58,482 nt of DNA from Macrostomum lignano (GCA_002269645.1 NIVC01004139.1:1-58482); one strand, 5' to 3'; numbered from the stretch's first letter, positions 21,718-35,374 are shown. Translations and numbers: made by a program. Notes: a model not told the origin generated them from the letters alone.

Positions 21718-24167
21718 TCAGACCTCCGACACCGTGAGATCCAAATCCTCAGACAGCTTCTTTTTCTTCCCCTTCTTCTTGCGCTCCGAGGGCCCGTCGA
21801 CGTCAAGGTTCAGGACAGTGTCATCGGCACCCGGCGCCTCCACCGGCGTTGCTGCAGCTTTCTTCTTTTTCTTCTTTTTCTTGCCGTCATCGTCGCCAGG
21901 CTGAGTGGCCGCTTCTTCTACGACCTCGGCCTCGGCCTCCGCTTTCTTGCCTTTCTTCTTCTTCGTCGTCTTTTTGGCCGCGTCTTCGGTGACGTCCCAA
22001 TTGGCTTCAACTGGTGGCGGAGGCGGTGCCGCGTCCTCCGCTGCCTGCTTCTTTTTGCCTTTTTTCTTTGTCTCCTTCGCGCCAGAGGCCGCTTCGCCCT
22101 CGTTAACTATGCTAGTCTTGGCGCGCGTGATGCCCAGCTCGCGCTCCAGTTCTTGAGCGCGCTCCTCGGCGGGTACGTGGCTGCCACCCTCAGCTTCGGC
22201 CGGTTCCTCAGCCGCAATGTCCTGCAGCGTTTTGCGTCGCTCGAGGCGCTTCTTGGCTAGGCGCTCCTTCAGAATCTGCTCCTGCCGCTCTTTATTTTTG
22301 CGCTTTCTGGCAATGAGGGTTGATTTAATAATGAAGTTTTTTAGTGTTATGTCGAACAATAGTTCAGTCTCACCAACACAAATGTATTTTTCCTACATCC
22401 CGTTACATTTCCTATAGAGTAGCACACCAGGCTGCTGAAAGTCTAGCAACTCCAAATTTTCAAAATGTTCGGGACGTGAACGTTTCAAATTGATTGCATA
22501 TACGAGCTACATCTGCAAAGTAGGCTTTTGATTCGCATAACAAACTGATGCCGCGATAAATTAAACGGATAAAAAATATCTTACTGTTCTTCAGCCTCTT
22601 GGTTGCTCTCCATCAGTTCCATGGCCTGTGTCTCTTCGTCAGCTTTCTTTTTTTCTTTACGAGCCTTTCGAGCTTCTTTGCGCGCCTGTAGCGCCTCCTG
22701 TTGACGCGCCTTCTCGCCCTGCATCATGTCGTCCATCATCTTCATTTGCTCCATTAGTTCTTCTTTTTCTTCCTTAACCTTGGCGTCCTCCTCCATCGTG
22801 CGCTCCCGCTGCGGCGGAGTCGCGGTGCTCTGCCAACTGGCCGAGGCCATCGCCGAGGCACCTTCGTCCTCGCCCGGTCGGCTCATCCGCATTCGGTAGG
22901 CGGTGCCTGGCCGCGACCCGGAGCTGCTGGCAGTGTAAGGCCGCTGGTCGAAGTTGCTGGCCTCCGAGCCGACGCGGCGCGCGTACTCGGGCACGTAGGA
23001 CGCCCCGGCGCCACCCTCCTGCATCTTGAGCCGGTAGTTGCGCCGTTTTTGCACCTCGGTAGTTTTATTTGGCACGTCTCTGCCAACGGCTTTTAGGTAG
23101 TCCTGCACAACCTTCTTGTTGTACTCGCTCTCAAAGTGGACCTTGGTCTGAGCGTCCTCTTCGTCTATGTCGGCGTATTCGAGACTCTCGGCGCCACCGC
23201 GTTCTCGCGCTGGTGAGTAATTGATTCGTCGTGGCGGGTCATGGTAACTTTTCAATTCTGTTGGAAATACTCCTTCTACACAGGCGTTTTGATAAAAAAA
23301 TAATGCGAGTGTATACTTTTTAATGCATTTGTATCGTCGATTTTGCTTATTTTTAGAACGTGGCAAATCAAATGAAATGATCAGAAAAGGCTGCAAAAAA
23401 AGATGGTTTGAATGAACAATGGAAAAACAAGCGCATAGTCAGCATAGAACAGCTAGCTATACAAGCCTATTTCAAGCAGACACTCATGCATTAGTTGCCA
23501 TAGTAACCAAGAAGTCGACAGAAATGCCGGAGCGATCTACTTCCTGTGAGTGGAAAATTTCCTGAAATGGAGCTAGTAAACTCAGATTACTTACCCAAAA
23601 CCTTTGCGGTAGTTTTCAGCACGTCCTGCTCCTCCTTGATCGAGTCGCCAACCTCCCGGATGTCCTGACGCGATTTGGCCACAATGTCCAGAAACATTTG
23701 CGACTCCTTGTGCATGAGCATCTCGGCCATGCGTATGAACGTATTCTACGATGGAATAGAGGATCGGGGGGTTCGATTGCTTTCCATTAACTTGGCTGTG
23801 GAGTAGGCCTAATTATTTGGTTCGAAGCTTGAGCAGCTTTTCTTAGGACAATTCTCCATGCCTCCCGGCCTAGCTCCCGTTAGCAAAAAGTCCATACGTT
23901 GATGCGTTGTGGTTTAAGCAAGTCCTTTAAGCATGTCTACTTCTATTGAAAATTCAAGTATTTACCAATACTCCAGGCGTTTGGGTTAGGGATTTAAATA
24001 CGATATAGTTGGTGTGGGCGTTTTTTGCCACATTTCGATTTTGGTACCTTTAACCCTACCTGCATTTCGGGATCCATCGACTCAAGCCTCTCCTTGATCT
24101 CCTCTTCCGAGTAGATACGCTTCCGCTGGCGCTCTGGCTCAACAGATTTTCTACCAAACAGCGGCAT
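21718..24167 (-). CDS. Uncharacterised Lys/Glu-rich protein, about 510 aa, 4 coding exons
   Basis: Exons 24167-24060, 23745-23595, 23275-22585 and 22306-21718. GT-AG sites with matching phases (0,1,2) join two long ORFs. It has a coiled-coil-like middle and poly-Lys tracts. Confidence 0.8.
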
Positions 24168-27100
24168 TCTCACTCTGGCGATGTTGGCTTGATACAATTA
24201 ACTAATGAAAATGCGTAGCACAGACAGCGCTGCAAGATTATAAATTAAATTGCCACTCCGACAGTTCAATACCTTTGTCTTTTCTAATCCTCTCTTTTCT
24301 AGGAGCGCAGGTAAGCCTAAGTCAGAAGCTGCTCCAGTGGGAGAACAATTGGATAGCAGATTTCGTCCCCTCTGCAAGGGCAGGGGAGCGCGGAGGGGGA
24401 TGCGGAGAGAGCCGCGTGCTGTGCTGCAGCAGCGCGCAGCTAGGCAGAGGTTATACTCGTACAGCTTCGGGGGAGAGAGAACCGCGCAAGTACAGTAAAG
24501 AAGAACGGAGCAGTGGAGGCAGAAATGCGAGCTATTGATGCCTAGTCAGGCTCCAAAATGTTTTCAGTAACCATGGAAATGGTCAGTTTGTTGTCTTTCT
24601 CTTTCCCTGTCTTCCTCTCTCCTCAACTGCCATGCGGCATGCTTTTTCCTCGTTTCCAATTTTTATCAGTGCACTCCCACCAATGCAAGCTCTTCCCTAA
24701 GTCTGCAATTCTACATGAATTATATAACACTGTACAGCCAGCATTCTTACTACTATAGCCCTAGACCCATGAACAACAGAAAAGCGGCAAAAGAAATCCA
24801 AGTACATTTTTATGCCAATTTGGTTTACAATACGGGAGCGCAACAAATGGCAAACAACAGTAGCTGTCATTTCCAGAAAATATGAAACAGAAATGAATTA
24901 AAATAAACTGAAATACGTGATTCCTGAAAATCTGAGCTTTTATCTCTATATTCACCTGCATGCATATATACTAATTTGTCTCACGTTCAGAAAAAAATTA
25001 TTGGCCAGCCGTTTTTTGGCTCTCTGTAGCTATACTATGAATTTGTGAGCCAGGACAAGCTCATGCGGGCTCGCAGCTAGGTCGAACTACTTAAATGAAC
25101 GTGGGAACTGAGTTAACCAGACAAAAATCTATGGAAAATTAATTTCATTTAGTTAGAAGTGCTACTGCTCACACTGCAAGTCTCAATTACATAAATAATA
25201 TTTCTTAGTTCTTTCAACGAGTTCGTAGAGGAATCGATCGGACTGAAGCTGCAGCAGAGCTGTCGCTGCGTCTCCCTGTCCCCACTTCTACTGCAGATCG
25301 ACGTGACACAGTGCGTTGTCCTTGGAGACCTGAACGCGGTTCTGCGTAGGTTTAAACGGTCGCTGTTCGTGAGGCCACGAGAGAACGGCAACAACTTGAG
25401 AGGCCGGGCTAACACGTGCTTCTGCAGGGCTCTCGCAACCTAGGTGGGCTGCAAGCGGAGGCAACGGAACGTGTCGGAACGTAATATGAAGGCAGGCACA
25501 ACTGGATCATCTGTGATTTCGTGAGCGGTACCGCGTCGTCAACTGCCGCTCTATCATGCCATGCCGCTGGCTTTGCAGTTCGATCATCGGTTTTTCATCT
25601 GCGAACTTCGTCTTCGCGATCTGCTTTACCGTTTGCCGAAGTGGCCTGCGGCGCTACTACGCTCGCACCGCGCGCAGGGACGTAGGAACGCATCGCAGGT
25701 TTGCAAGCGTCTTTACGAGCTATCACAGCGCTAGGCGGCAACCGAGGAGGTGCCCAGTGCGCGAACGTGTGCGCTGCAGTTCGATCCGCCGTGGAACTGG
25801 CAGACCCGCTGATGCGACGGGCTCATCGCTGGCAGTCCTCTATAGCTGGCAACGACTCTGAGAATCGACAAACGAAGGAATTAAGCAAGAGAGGCTCCGT
25901 TTGAGCAGGCAACCAACCTGATCAAACGCTTTTGTTTTTTATCTACGTCGTGTACTTGTATTTTAGGGGTCGAACTCTAGTCTTTTTACTATTCTTGTAC
26001 TCGTCAAGTCTCACATATGTCTCTCTCGCCACGTCCTGCAGGGTTGGTCGACAATTTGAGCGTGCCCAATGCCCCTCCCTGCCGTCGGTCTCCGGCCCTG
26101 CAGACACGTGTCGCGCTCAACTGCTACGAGTTTTGTACTTGCTCTGAAATGGTCTGGCGGTTGCTGCGGTTTTCTTTAGCCAACCTTGCTTTTGAGTCCA
26201 GTGCCCTCGCGGTTTTGGCCTTAATTGTTTCGCCGAACCGTCGAATTCCCGAGCAAGCGAGCCTTATAACTCGTGTCTGCGATCATGTTTCCTGGCTGTA
26301 CTACTCCGGCGCTATGACCTCCTTCTTTCAGATTTCTAACGCTTATATAAATTAGTTGTTAGTTGCAGCAAGCAACACGATTCGAATCGGATCCAGACAC
26401 GTCACGTAAAAATGCGTGTGGGTATTCTTTGACGAATATTTCCTGCAGAAATGCCAGCTCAATAATAAATTCTTTGTGTAAATTTATTCTCTGTTAATTT
26501 GTGCGTTCATATTCTTTATTACATTTAATGATTTAATTTGTCGAAATTTCTTAAAAATGTGTTGTCGCGGTTTCCCATTGCAATGTACATACATTCATTC
26601 GGTATAGGTGTTCCTTGCGCCAATAATTGAAATGGCTTCCTTAAGCTTAAACTCTTGTTTCTCTTCTTCAGTAGTAACTTCGAAAGCAGCTTTGTGCAGG
26701 TGACATTTTGTGGCAAAAATTTCGTGAAGCTGGGACTAAAATTGCCATTCAGTGTCATATGCACCCGTTGGAGGGTTCTTATGGTAAATTCGTACCTTCG
26801 TCCGCAATCCTTCTATCTTGCATCATGAAGCCTTGATTTTCCAAAAGTCGGACATTATTTTCTGGGAAGACCAAGTGTCATGCTATTATTAACCCGTCAC
26901 TCGAAGTCAACATGAATACATTTTTCGCGTCGCATTACAGATCTATGGAATTGTATCCAGCCTTATCCAAAGAAATATCAGTCAAATATCAGTGCCAAAA
27001 AGTATCAGTGTCGAAAGTACAAGCGTTACCCACTTTTGATTGGTCGGCGTGAAACTGCGCAAGATGACCAGTCCAAGTAGACGGGTCAGTGTGCGAGGCG

Positions 27101-30100
27101 AAAAATTTTAGTACCGCACGGCTTATTGAAATAAATTTTACTTTAAACCCAACGAGTCAGTGTGTTTTACTGCATAGTTCGTAGAGAATCTTTAATAAAT
27201 GTACAACTTCATAGTGGAATCAGCCAAAATATGTAAAATCATGCATGCATCTATCTTACAATATATTCACATATAGTTTGAGTTATGCTAATTGATTAAT
27301 GTCTGGCCGGGTGATCGAAGTCCTGCATGTCAATTTTCAGCTACAGACAGCAAGCGCGGAGCACTCGAAATCGAATATCAATCTAATACACACTTCCATG
27401 TCGCTAGCCGCGTCTCAGCCGCGTCAAAATTGTAAACTCATGCCCCAGATGCGGTTGTAGTAAAATCTTATAGACACTTCCATGTCATGTTACACTGTGG
27501 TGTGGAGAAAGGAAAACATCAGTTTTTTGCAAATTATAAAAAAATCCTTTCAATCGCAAGCCCCCCTTTTTTTAGGCTGTTTATCTCGTGGGTGATTTTT
27601 TTACTGTAAAAAACATGAATTTTGTGCTTTAAGGCAGAGATTTTTGTTATATCCGAATATCAATCTTGAATTATCGCTGCGGGAAATCCCTATGTACAAA
27701 TGACGATATAACAGTGGGCTCGTTGCTCTAGCCAAATCGTCTTCCTTTAGCGGCTACAACTGTAGTCTTAGCCCTACTGTCCTATCATCCTATGGATGAG
27801 AAAAATCTAATGGATTAAACCATTGAGCAGCCATACCATCATTCATCAATAAGCTCAAAATTCTAGTTTTGCATAGGCCTAATGAATACTAATAGTTCTT
27901 AATTATTTTTTCACTTTATTCTTTATTTGGGCTATAAAAAGCAGTCAATATGAATAAATAGGCCTAGATAGGTTACATAACCAAGTAGATCCATTTAGTT
28001 TAGTCAAAACATAGGGCTATAAAACTAATATGAAAAAGCCAAGAATTAGGTCTTGGAGTTGGACCTGGACTTTGACTATTTATTAATTTATGAAGGTAAA
28101 ACAGAAATTAAATCTGCCCTCTAATAAATAAACCATAACTTATAAGCATGGCTTCTATACTATTATACATTTTTCAAGTTTATAAACATTTTATTAGGCT
28201 GTAGATAGGGCCTAGAGTCCAATTAAGATCTCAATCTCAATCTCAAAATTTTGATTCTTGGCTTGGAATTTGAGAGCAGTCAAGCAAGATTGAATTCAAT
28301 ACAAAAAGTATAAAAATAAGTTCCAAATAAAAAACAATTCATTGCCTAATGCATAATTGGGGCCTAGCACTTTTTGTTTGCAGTATAGGCCTATTGATGG
28401 CTTTTTCAATTAAAATACATTGACATTGTATTTATACAAAACAGATTCAAATACAAGTTATTCTCAAAGGGAAAATTACAAAAATATAGATTTTTGTGTT
28501 TGTGTTTTTTGCAAAAAAAGTTCCAGCACATTGTGCAATCAAACTATTTTGATAGGATTTGTTCTAACATAGGCCTAGGTATACTATGATCTTGACTATG
28601 GTTTACCTAGCATCCTAGTAGGCCATTGCCACCTTCAACCTAGGCCTATTTATGTATTTTACAGTGGCATATAATGACATAGCTAGAGACCTAGAGTTAA
28701 TGGTAATGGCTTATATTTTTATATTACTGCATATATATATTATAATGGTACATTTGAGCTATTTCTTTTGTACTATTATCTATTTACTTATAAAATAGGC
28801 TAAATCTTATATATATCTTTTCATTAGAACTATTCTTCTTGTACAAATTCACAATTGTAGCTGGATTTCTAATTCTCAATCAATTTATTCTTAATCTTGA
28901 ATTTTTTATAGAATTCTTGCTTAATCTCACTCAAACAAAAATCTGATCTTAGTTAGACTCTAAGATAGGCTTGGATTAGAGTGCAATGCCTTTAAAAAAA
29001 AAAATAGCCTTCTTCCTATTTATTTGCAATCTGTCAATACCTTTTGATATAATTTTAGCCATTTATGTTAAATGGGCCTAGTTTTAGGCCTATAGAAAAT
29101 TAAGTTTATAGCAAAGACAAGGCAAAAAACATAAAAATTGCATGTTTAAAACAAAGCTATATTTACAAAAACAATATAAATTAAGGTTTATTTTTGCTTT
29201 TAAATTTTTAAATTGAATTTTGCTTTTTTAGGCCTAGGGCTAGGTTTATGCTAAGTAGTAAAGTAGATAATAAGCCTAGACCCTACTAAATAATAGTAAA
29301 TTTTTTTATCATAGTTAGGACAAAGCCTGTATTTTCTAAGGCCTATATCTAGTTCCCAACTGATATCTAATAATATCACTCAACTCAACTAGGACTTAGA
29401 AGATAGTTGGAGCTATTGATTTTATAGGGGATAGGGTAGTAAAAATGAATGTTGGCCATTTCAAAGTAAGGGGAACTTTTAAAATCCTTGGAATTTAGGA
29501 CTTTAGCAATAAAGATTTTTAATACCATATCTATGTTGCAGTTGGGTAATAAAGGCTAAAAGTCAAGATGATATTTTCACTTTCCAAGGGGAGCTCTTAA
29601 GTCCTTAGGGTTAGGGATTAAGATTAGGGTTACAATGGTGAGAGTTAAATTTAAGATAAATATTTTCATTTTCAATATGATTAAGAGCTCTTAAGTCTCT
29701 ATAATTGAGGACTCAAGCAACAAAGACAATTTTTTGATATTGTATGCACATTGTAGTTGCAATAGTGGAGGCTTAGGTGAAGATAATAAATGAAGCCATC
29801 TAGCATGTCACTATCAAAGAAGGCAAGATTTCAAAGGCTTCTTGGAAACCAACTAATAAGTAGGGCGTAGGCCATTGCTTTCACAGAAGATCTCAATAAA
29901 AATGAGAGATTTTGTTACTAAGTTATTTTAAACATTATGAAGAGATATAAGAAGAGAGAAGGAACTTCCAAGCTACTATTGCATATATTGCAAAAAACCT
30001 AGTTTATAGATAGATTAATGACTCAATGGTAACAGTAAATGTGCCTGACTCTTGCATTATAATGTCTGGTTTGATTCTTTTTATAGCCACATTAATTTTT

Positions 30101-30394
30101 TAGCTTTTTCACAAAAATTTAGCCTGAGGATTATTGTGAAATTCATACCTATGAGGGCCAACCCCAGAGGCAAATGGTGTAAATGCCTGACAATTAGATA
30201 GTCAAAGGGCTGCTGTGAACCCTGTGGCAAGTTTGCAAATCTCTGTACTGAACTGTATTGTTTCACCTGTATGCACTCAGAAATGGGCAGAAGTGCTTCA
30301 ATGCTTGTTGCAGGACAATGTCACCAAGTGTTGCGCTGTCCCAATTTTATGCTTATGTATTACATAAATATGCACATTTTTGCATGCCAGATCA

Positions 30395-33300
30395 ATGCGG
30401 CTAACTCAAATTCTATGCTATGCTCAAGGCGTTCGTCCAGGCAGAATTGAGCATTATGAAAAACTGTCTAGAATTATGTGGAAGGAGAAGGACAGATTTA
30501 TGAATGTGACTGTGCCCCGGCCAAGGCCAGAGGTGGCTGCCGAGCTAGACAAGCACCAGCCTGAGGATATGTTCGAGTCGGATCGCTACGAAAAAGAGGT
30601 CCTTGCCGCCACTACTGCCGATTTGGATTGGCAGGCTCCCGACTTTTCTGGCTGGCTATGGCAAAATCCTCGGTGAGTTTCACTTGGATCTAGTAGCTAA
30701 TCAGAGATCATACCCTCCCTGTCTGGTAGCTAATCAGAGATGATACCCTCCCTGTCTGGTAGCTAATCAGAGATGATACCCTCCCTGTCTGGTAGCTAAT
30801 CAGAGATCATACCCTCCCTGTCTGGTAGCTAATCAGAGATGATACCCTCCCTGTCTGGTAGCTAATCAGAGATCATACCCTCCCTGTCTGGTAGCTAATC
30901 AGAGATGATACCCTCCCTGTCTGGTAGCTAATCAGAGATGATACCCTCTCTGTCTGGTAGCTAATCAGAGATGATACCCTCTCTGTCTGGTAGCTAATCA
31001 GAGATGATACCCTCCCTGTCTGGTAGCTAATCAGAGATGATACCCTCCCCGTCTGGTAGCTAATCAGAGATGATACCCTCCCTGTCTGGTAGCTAATCAG
31101 AGATGATACCCTCCCTGTCTGGTAGCTAATCAGAGATGATACCCCCCCTGTCTGGTAGCTAATCAGAGATGATACCCTCCCTGTCTGGTAGCTAATCAGA
31201 GATGATACCCTCCCTGTCTGGTAGCTAATCAGAGATAATATCCTCCCCGTCTGGTAGCTAATCAGAGATGATATCCTCCCTGTCTGGTAGCTAATCAGAG
31301 ATGATACCCTCCCTGTCTGGTAGCTAATCAGAGATGATACCCTCCCTGTCTGGTAGCTAATCAGAGATGATACCCTCCCCGTCTGGTAGCTAATCAGAGA
31401 TGATACCCTCCCTGTCTGGTAGCTAATCCGAGATAATATCCTCCCCGTCTGGTAGCTAATCAGAGATGATACCCTCCTGGCCTGATAGCTAATCGGGAAT
31501 GATCCATCAACTCTCCTCACATCATAGATAATCGGATATGATATCCTCATCTCAGAGCTACATACTCATAGCCTTCACCCCTATACTCTCTCGTAGTCTA
31601 AAGCCCGAATTCTAAGACACGTCGACACCCGATTCTTTGGACTTTCAGCAAGCAAAGCCAGCCTGCCAGACTCTTTAATTGGCGCCAGCGCTGGGAGCAT
31701 CCGGAAGCCCAGGCCTCAGCCCTTACTAAAACTCTAATTAGTAGGCGACTTCCAGAGAACTTATCGGCGAGCCTAGCCAAGCTGACGGAATCCCTAACCG
31801 AAGCCGACACCGAGGCTCTGCAGCGGGCTGTCATGCACGCGCACCATTGGCACTCGGATGACATCCGACTGCCGCTTCGGCACAATCCTGAGGTTCGGAT
31901 CAGCGAATTTCATGGGGATCGAGGCATTCCCTCGAACTGGGGCATCAGGCTGAACTACTTGACCGCCCTCCCCCTGCCATCCTCTCCGCCCTCTACCCAG
32001 CTATCTGATGGCACCACTTGCGCCCTCAACCCAGCTATCTGATGGCACCACTTGCGCCCTCAACCCAGCTATCTGATGGCACCACTTGCGCCCTCTACCC
32101 AGCTATCTGATGGCACCACTTCCGCCCTCAACCCAGCTATCTGATGGCACCACTTCCACCCTCTACCCAGCTATCTGATGGCACTACTTCCACCCTCTAC
32201 CCAGCTATCTGATGGCACTACTTCCGCCCTCAACCCAGCTATCTGATGGCACTACTTCCGCCCTCCAGCCAGCTCCGCGCTGTACCCAACTGCATGTACC
32301 GTCATTCGCCACTTCATGTCACAACATATCACTAACTATATTGCACCGACCCGCCGCCCATGCAGAACAGTGTGTACAAATTCCGAACGGAGTTTGGCAT
32401 ACCGCCGGATCGCATTGTGCGCCACCTCATGTCCAATTTGTTGCGCTGGACGGCAATTCGGCATCCCAGCTGCGATCGGCATCTGCTGCGCGACTGCCTG
32501 TTGGAGACGGCGTTTCATTGGCGAGGAGTTCCCGTGCACTTTCAGGTTGGCGCTGGATAGATTCTCATATGAGAGCCCTGGATAGATTCTAATATGAGAC
32601 CCCTGAATAGATTCTAATATGAGAGCCCTGGATAGGTTCTAATATGAGACCCCTGAATAGATTCTAATATGAGAGGCCTGGATAGGTTCTAATATGAGAG
32701 CCCTGAATAGATTCTAATATGAGAGCCCTGGATAGGTTCTAATATGAGACCCCTGAATAGATTCTAATATGAGAGCCCTGGATGGATTCTAATATGAGAG
32801 GCCTGGATAGGTTCTAATATGAGATCCCTGGATAGATTCTAATATGAGAGCCCTGGATAGATTCTAATATGAGACCCCTGAATAGATTCTAATATGAGAG
32901 CCCTGGATAGGTTCTAATATGAGACCCCTGAATAGATTCTAATATGAGAGGCCTGGATAGGTTCTAATATGAGAGCCCTGGATAGGTTCTAGTATGAGAG
33001 CCCTGGATGGATTCTAATATGAGAGGCCTGGATAGGTTCTAATATGAGATCCCTGGATAGATTCTAATATGAGAGCCCTGGATAGATTCTAATATGAGAC
33101 CCCTGGATAGATTCTAATATGAGAGCCCTGGATAGATTCTAATATGAGACCCCTGGATAGATTCTAATATGAGACCCCTGGATAGATTCTAATATGAGAC
33201 CCCTGGATAGATTCTAATATGAAATCCCTGGATAGGTTCTAATATGAGACCCCTGGATAGATTCTAATATGAGAGGCCTGGATAGATTCTCACATGACTA

Positions 33301-35096
33301 TCCTAAATAGATTCTCATATAAGAGCCCTGGATCCCCCACAGGAGCGTCGCCCCTTTCACCTGATTGGTCAGCGGCCTCTAGCTCCGTTTGCCGACAGCC
33401 AATCAGTGGAGGCCACCGCGGCCAGCCCTCTGCCCAGCCTGTACCCGCTGAGTCCGCTGATTGATTTGGAGGACACGATGCACTATGATACCAGCGTCTC
33501 CAACACGGGACTCGGCGATTCGGACTCTTCGACCAGACTAGGTGGCCATTGTCACCTGGCTGTGGTGCCGTTCGAGCTGCCCAACCTCTGGTGCAACTTT
33601 GACGCGCCCGAGTCGCGACCTATCGGCGTAGATCATCGGGCAGCCGCTGGGGTTGTGAATTGTTTCGGCCAGGCCGTGGCCCAGGTAAACAGATACTTAC
33701 AGTAGTTAGATAGGCAAATTTGAAATGGCTTGGCCTAAGACTTTCTCTACTATCAGTTCAGTAGTAAGGAAGAAATGCGTAAACTATTTTCATGAGTTAC
33801 GCAATGAAAATATAGCTTTTTGCAGTTAGTTTGAGCTTAAGAGCAGTTCAGTTAATCCAGAGTGCAGAACTCTTGCTTGCATGTTGAACTGATCCTGCAA
33901 CAGGTTCTGTATCTGTGCGAGTGTCAGTAGTGGATCTTCATCAATCTTGTCCACCAGGAACACAGGCAGGTGCAAGTTTTGATCCTCTGTCACCACCACA
34001 AGGGAACTGACGATTGCGGCGTCCAGTGTCTTCTTACCGACGTTTAATTGACAGGGCTGTCTTGACGTTGGTCTTCGTTCATTTTGCGATATCGACGGGT
34101 CGCTCACCCGTTTAAAAAGATACCGTGACAAGAATCGCTAAAAAGTCGTTGTAAGCAACTCACTAGTGACTCAGCGACTCTAGCGACCTTTTAATGACTC
34201 AATCGCGTTTAATACAACAAAGAGGCGACTTTTGCGACACAAGCGCGCGTCACGTCAGTTGTAGAAAATCGTAAAAGAGTCTCAGAAGAGTCGTCCAAGA
34301 ATCGTTGCGTTGGCGCTTAGGTTTCTACTAACTCAGTAGGCTGTACTTCAAACACAACTCAGGGACTCTACAGCGACTCTGGCACCCCTTACGACTCTAC
34401 GGCCCCAGAGTCACTAGAGTTGCAGAAAATAAAACACTTCATAGTGATTCTTGGGCGAGTCTTGGACCACTTTTTAGAGAGCGACTTTTACCGTGACATC
34501 CCATTTGAGAGTCGTTTAGAGTCACTTCTATTTTACCCGTGTCACCTCTGCAACGACTCTGGGGCGCTTCTTGGTCTAAGTACCGTTTTCATCGGGTTTA
34601 GCAGACATGAGAGGACTAAGTTAATGCTCCAAAGATTAAGTCTAGTTGTCTTGAGTGTAGCGCTCTGCCACTCTGGATTAAGTCAACTGCTCCTAAGCTC
34701 AAGCTATATTGTTTGCTTTGTAAATTTTCGGTTAAGATATGGGTTATAGTGCCAGAAAGAAAAAAGTAAAAGAAAAAATTTACGTGGCATTCGCAGGCTC
34801 GCTGGGAGTTCGGCGCCGACAATGTCGACGGTCGCCAACTGCCCCGGCCGGTGGTCACTGCGGCGGTGTGCACCGACGGTGTCTATTTTGACTTCGTCTG
34901 CTACCAGTTGAACACGCTGGATCTTGACAACGACGATGGGATAAAAAATTTTGCCTGGGTTGACGCCGGCAATCGTCTGGTGGACAAGCGGGTTCCCGTT
35001 GAGGACAAGATTCGATTGTCCACCTACACGGATTTGGATCCCGGCGTCTACGCCAAGCTGCTGGCGCTGTACCGCTACGGAATGAACCGACTTTAA
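30395..35096 (+). CDS. MRPL37: Mitochondrial large-subunit ribosomal protein mL37, spliced, about 460 aa
   Basis: Exons 30395-30672, 31604-31892, 32366-32545, 33343-33684 and 34797-35096, phases consistent. Motifs ALTKTLISRRLPE, LYPLSPLIDL, FGQAVAQAR, VCTDGVYFDFVCYQLNTLDLD..GIKNFAWVD and KLLALY match mL37 as I recall it. The exon 2 acceptor (AAG) is the least certain. Confidence 0.9.
30690..31500. repeat. 33-bp minisatellite (GATACCCTCCCTGTCTGGTAGCTAATCAGAGAT), MRPL37 intron 1
   Basis: About 24 units, starting about 17 bp after the donor. Confidence 0.97.
31995..32268. repeat. 34-bp minisatellite (CCCAGCTATCTGATGGCACCACTTGCGCCCTCAA), MRPL37 intron 2
   Basis: About 8 units. Confidence 0.95.
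32556..33330. repeat. 25-bp minisatellite (GAGAGCCCTGGATAGATTCTAATAT), MRPL37 intron 3
   Basis: About 31 units spanning essentially from donor to acceptor. Confidence 0.97.
33809..34710 (-). mobile_element. Internally deleted IS630/Tc1/mariner-like relic in MRPL37 intron 4
   Basis: Inverted ends AATATAGCT..TGAGCTTAAGAGCAGTTCAGTTAATCCAGAGTGCAGA and its complement at about 34665-34710. A minus-strand peptide, FLVDKIDEDPLLTLAQIQNLLQDQFN, resembles the HTH region of IS630-Tc1 transposases. No DDE domain. Confidence 0.4.
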
Positions 35097-35374
35097 TTAT
35101 TGGGACCGGGGCTCACTGCTCTCGCAGTGTCTCTTAAGTTAACAGGTTAACTGGAGTCCCGATTAGTTCAAGATTTGCTTTGCATTTTTTCTGGCGTCAT
35201 CAACTCGTCTATATTTAACGTGTGAGAAATGATATCCAAAATGCCGGGATTAATCATTGAGCCCTAATCAGGAGGGTTCTTATCTTTGAAAAGCGGCTTC
35301 TGCCACAACCCCCGACACTTCATATATCCATTAGGGCTAGGGTTAGGGTTAAGCTTGTCGGAGACATGATTTTT

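Noticed and set aside
25149-26830. GC-rich stretches with short ORFs on both strands, including a stop-interrupted frame at about 26525-26860
   Set aside because: No consistent frame or splice pattern and no identifiable domain; probably a degraded element.
33340-33360. CAGGAGCGTCG, resembling the hAT-like terminals at 18375 and 38757
   Set aside because: It is the acceptor and first codons of MRPL37 exon 4.
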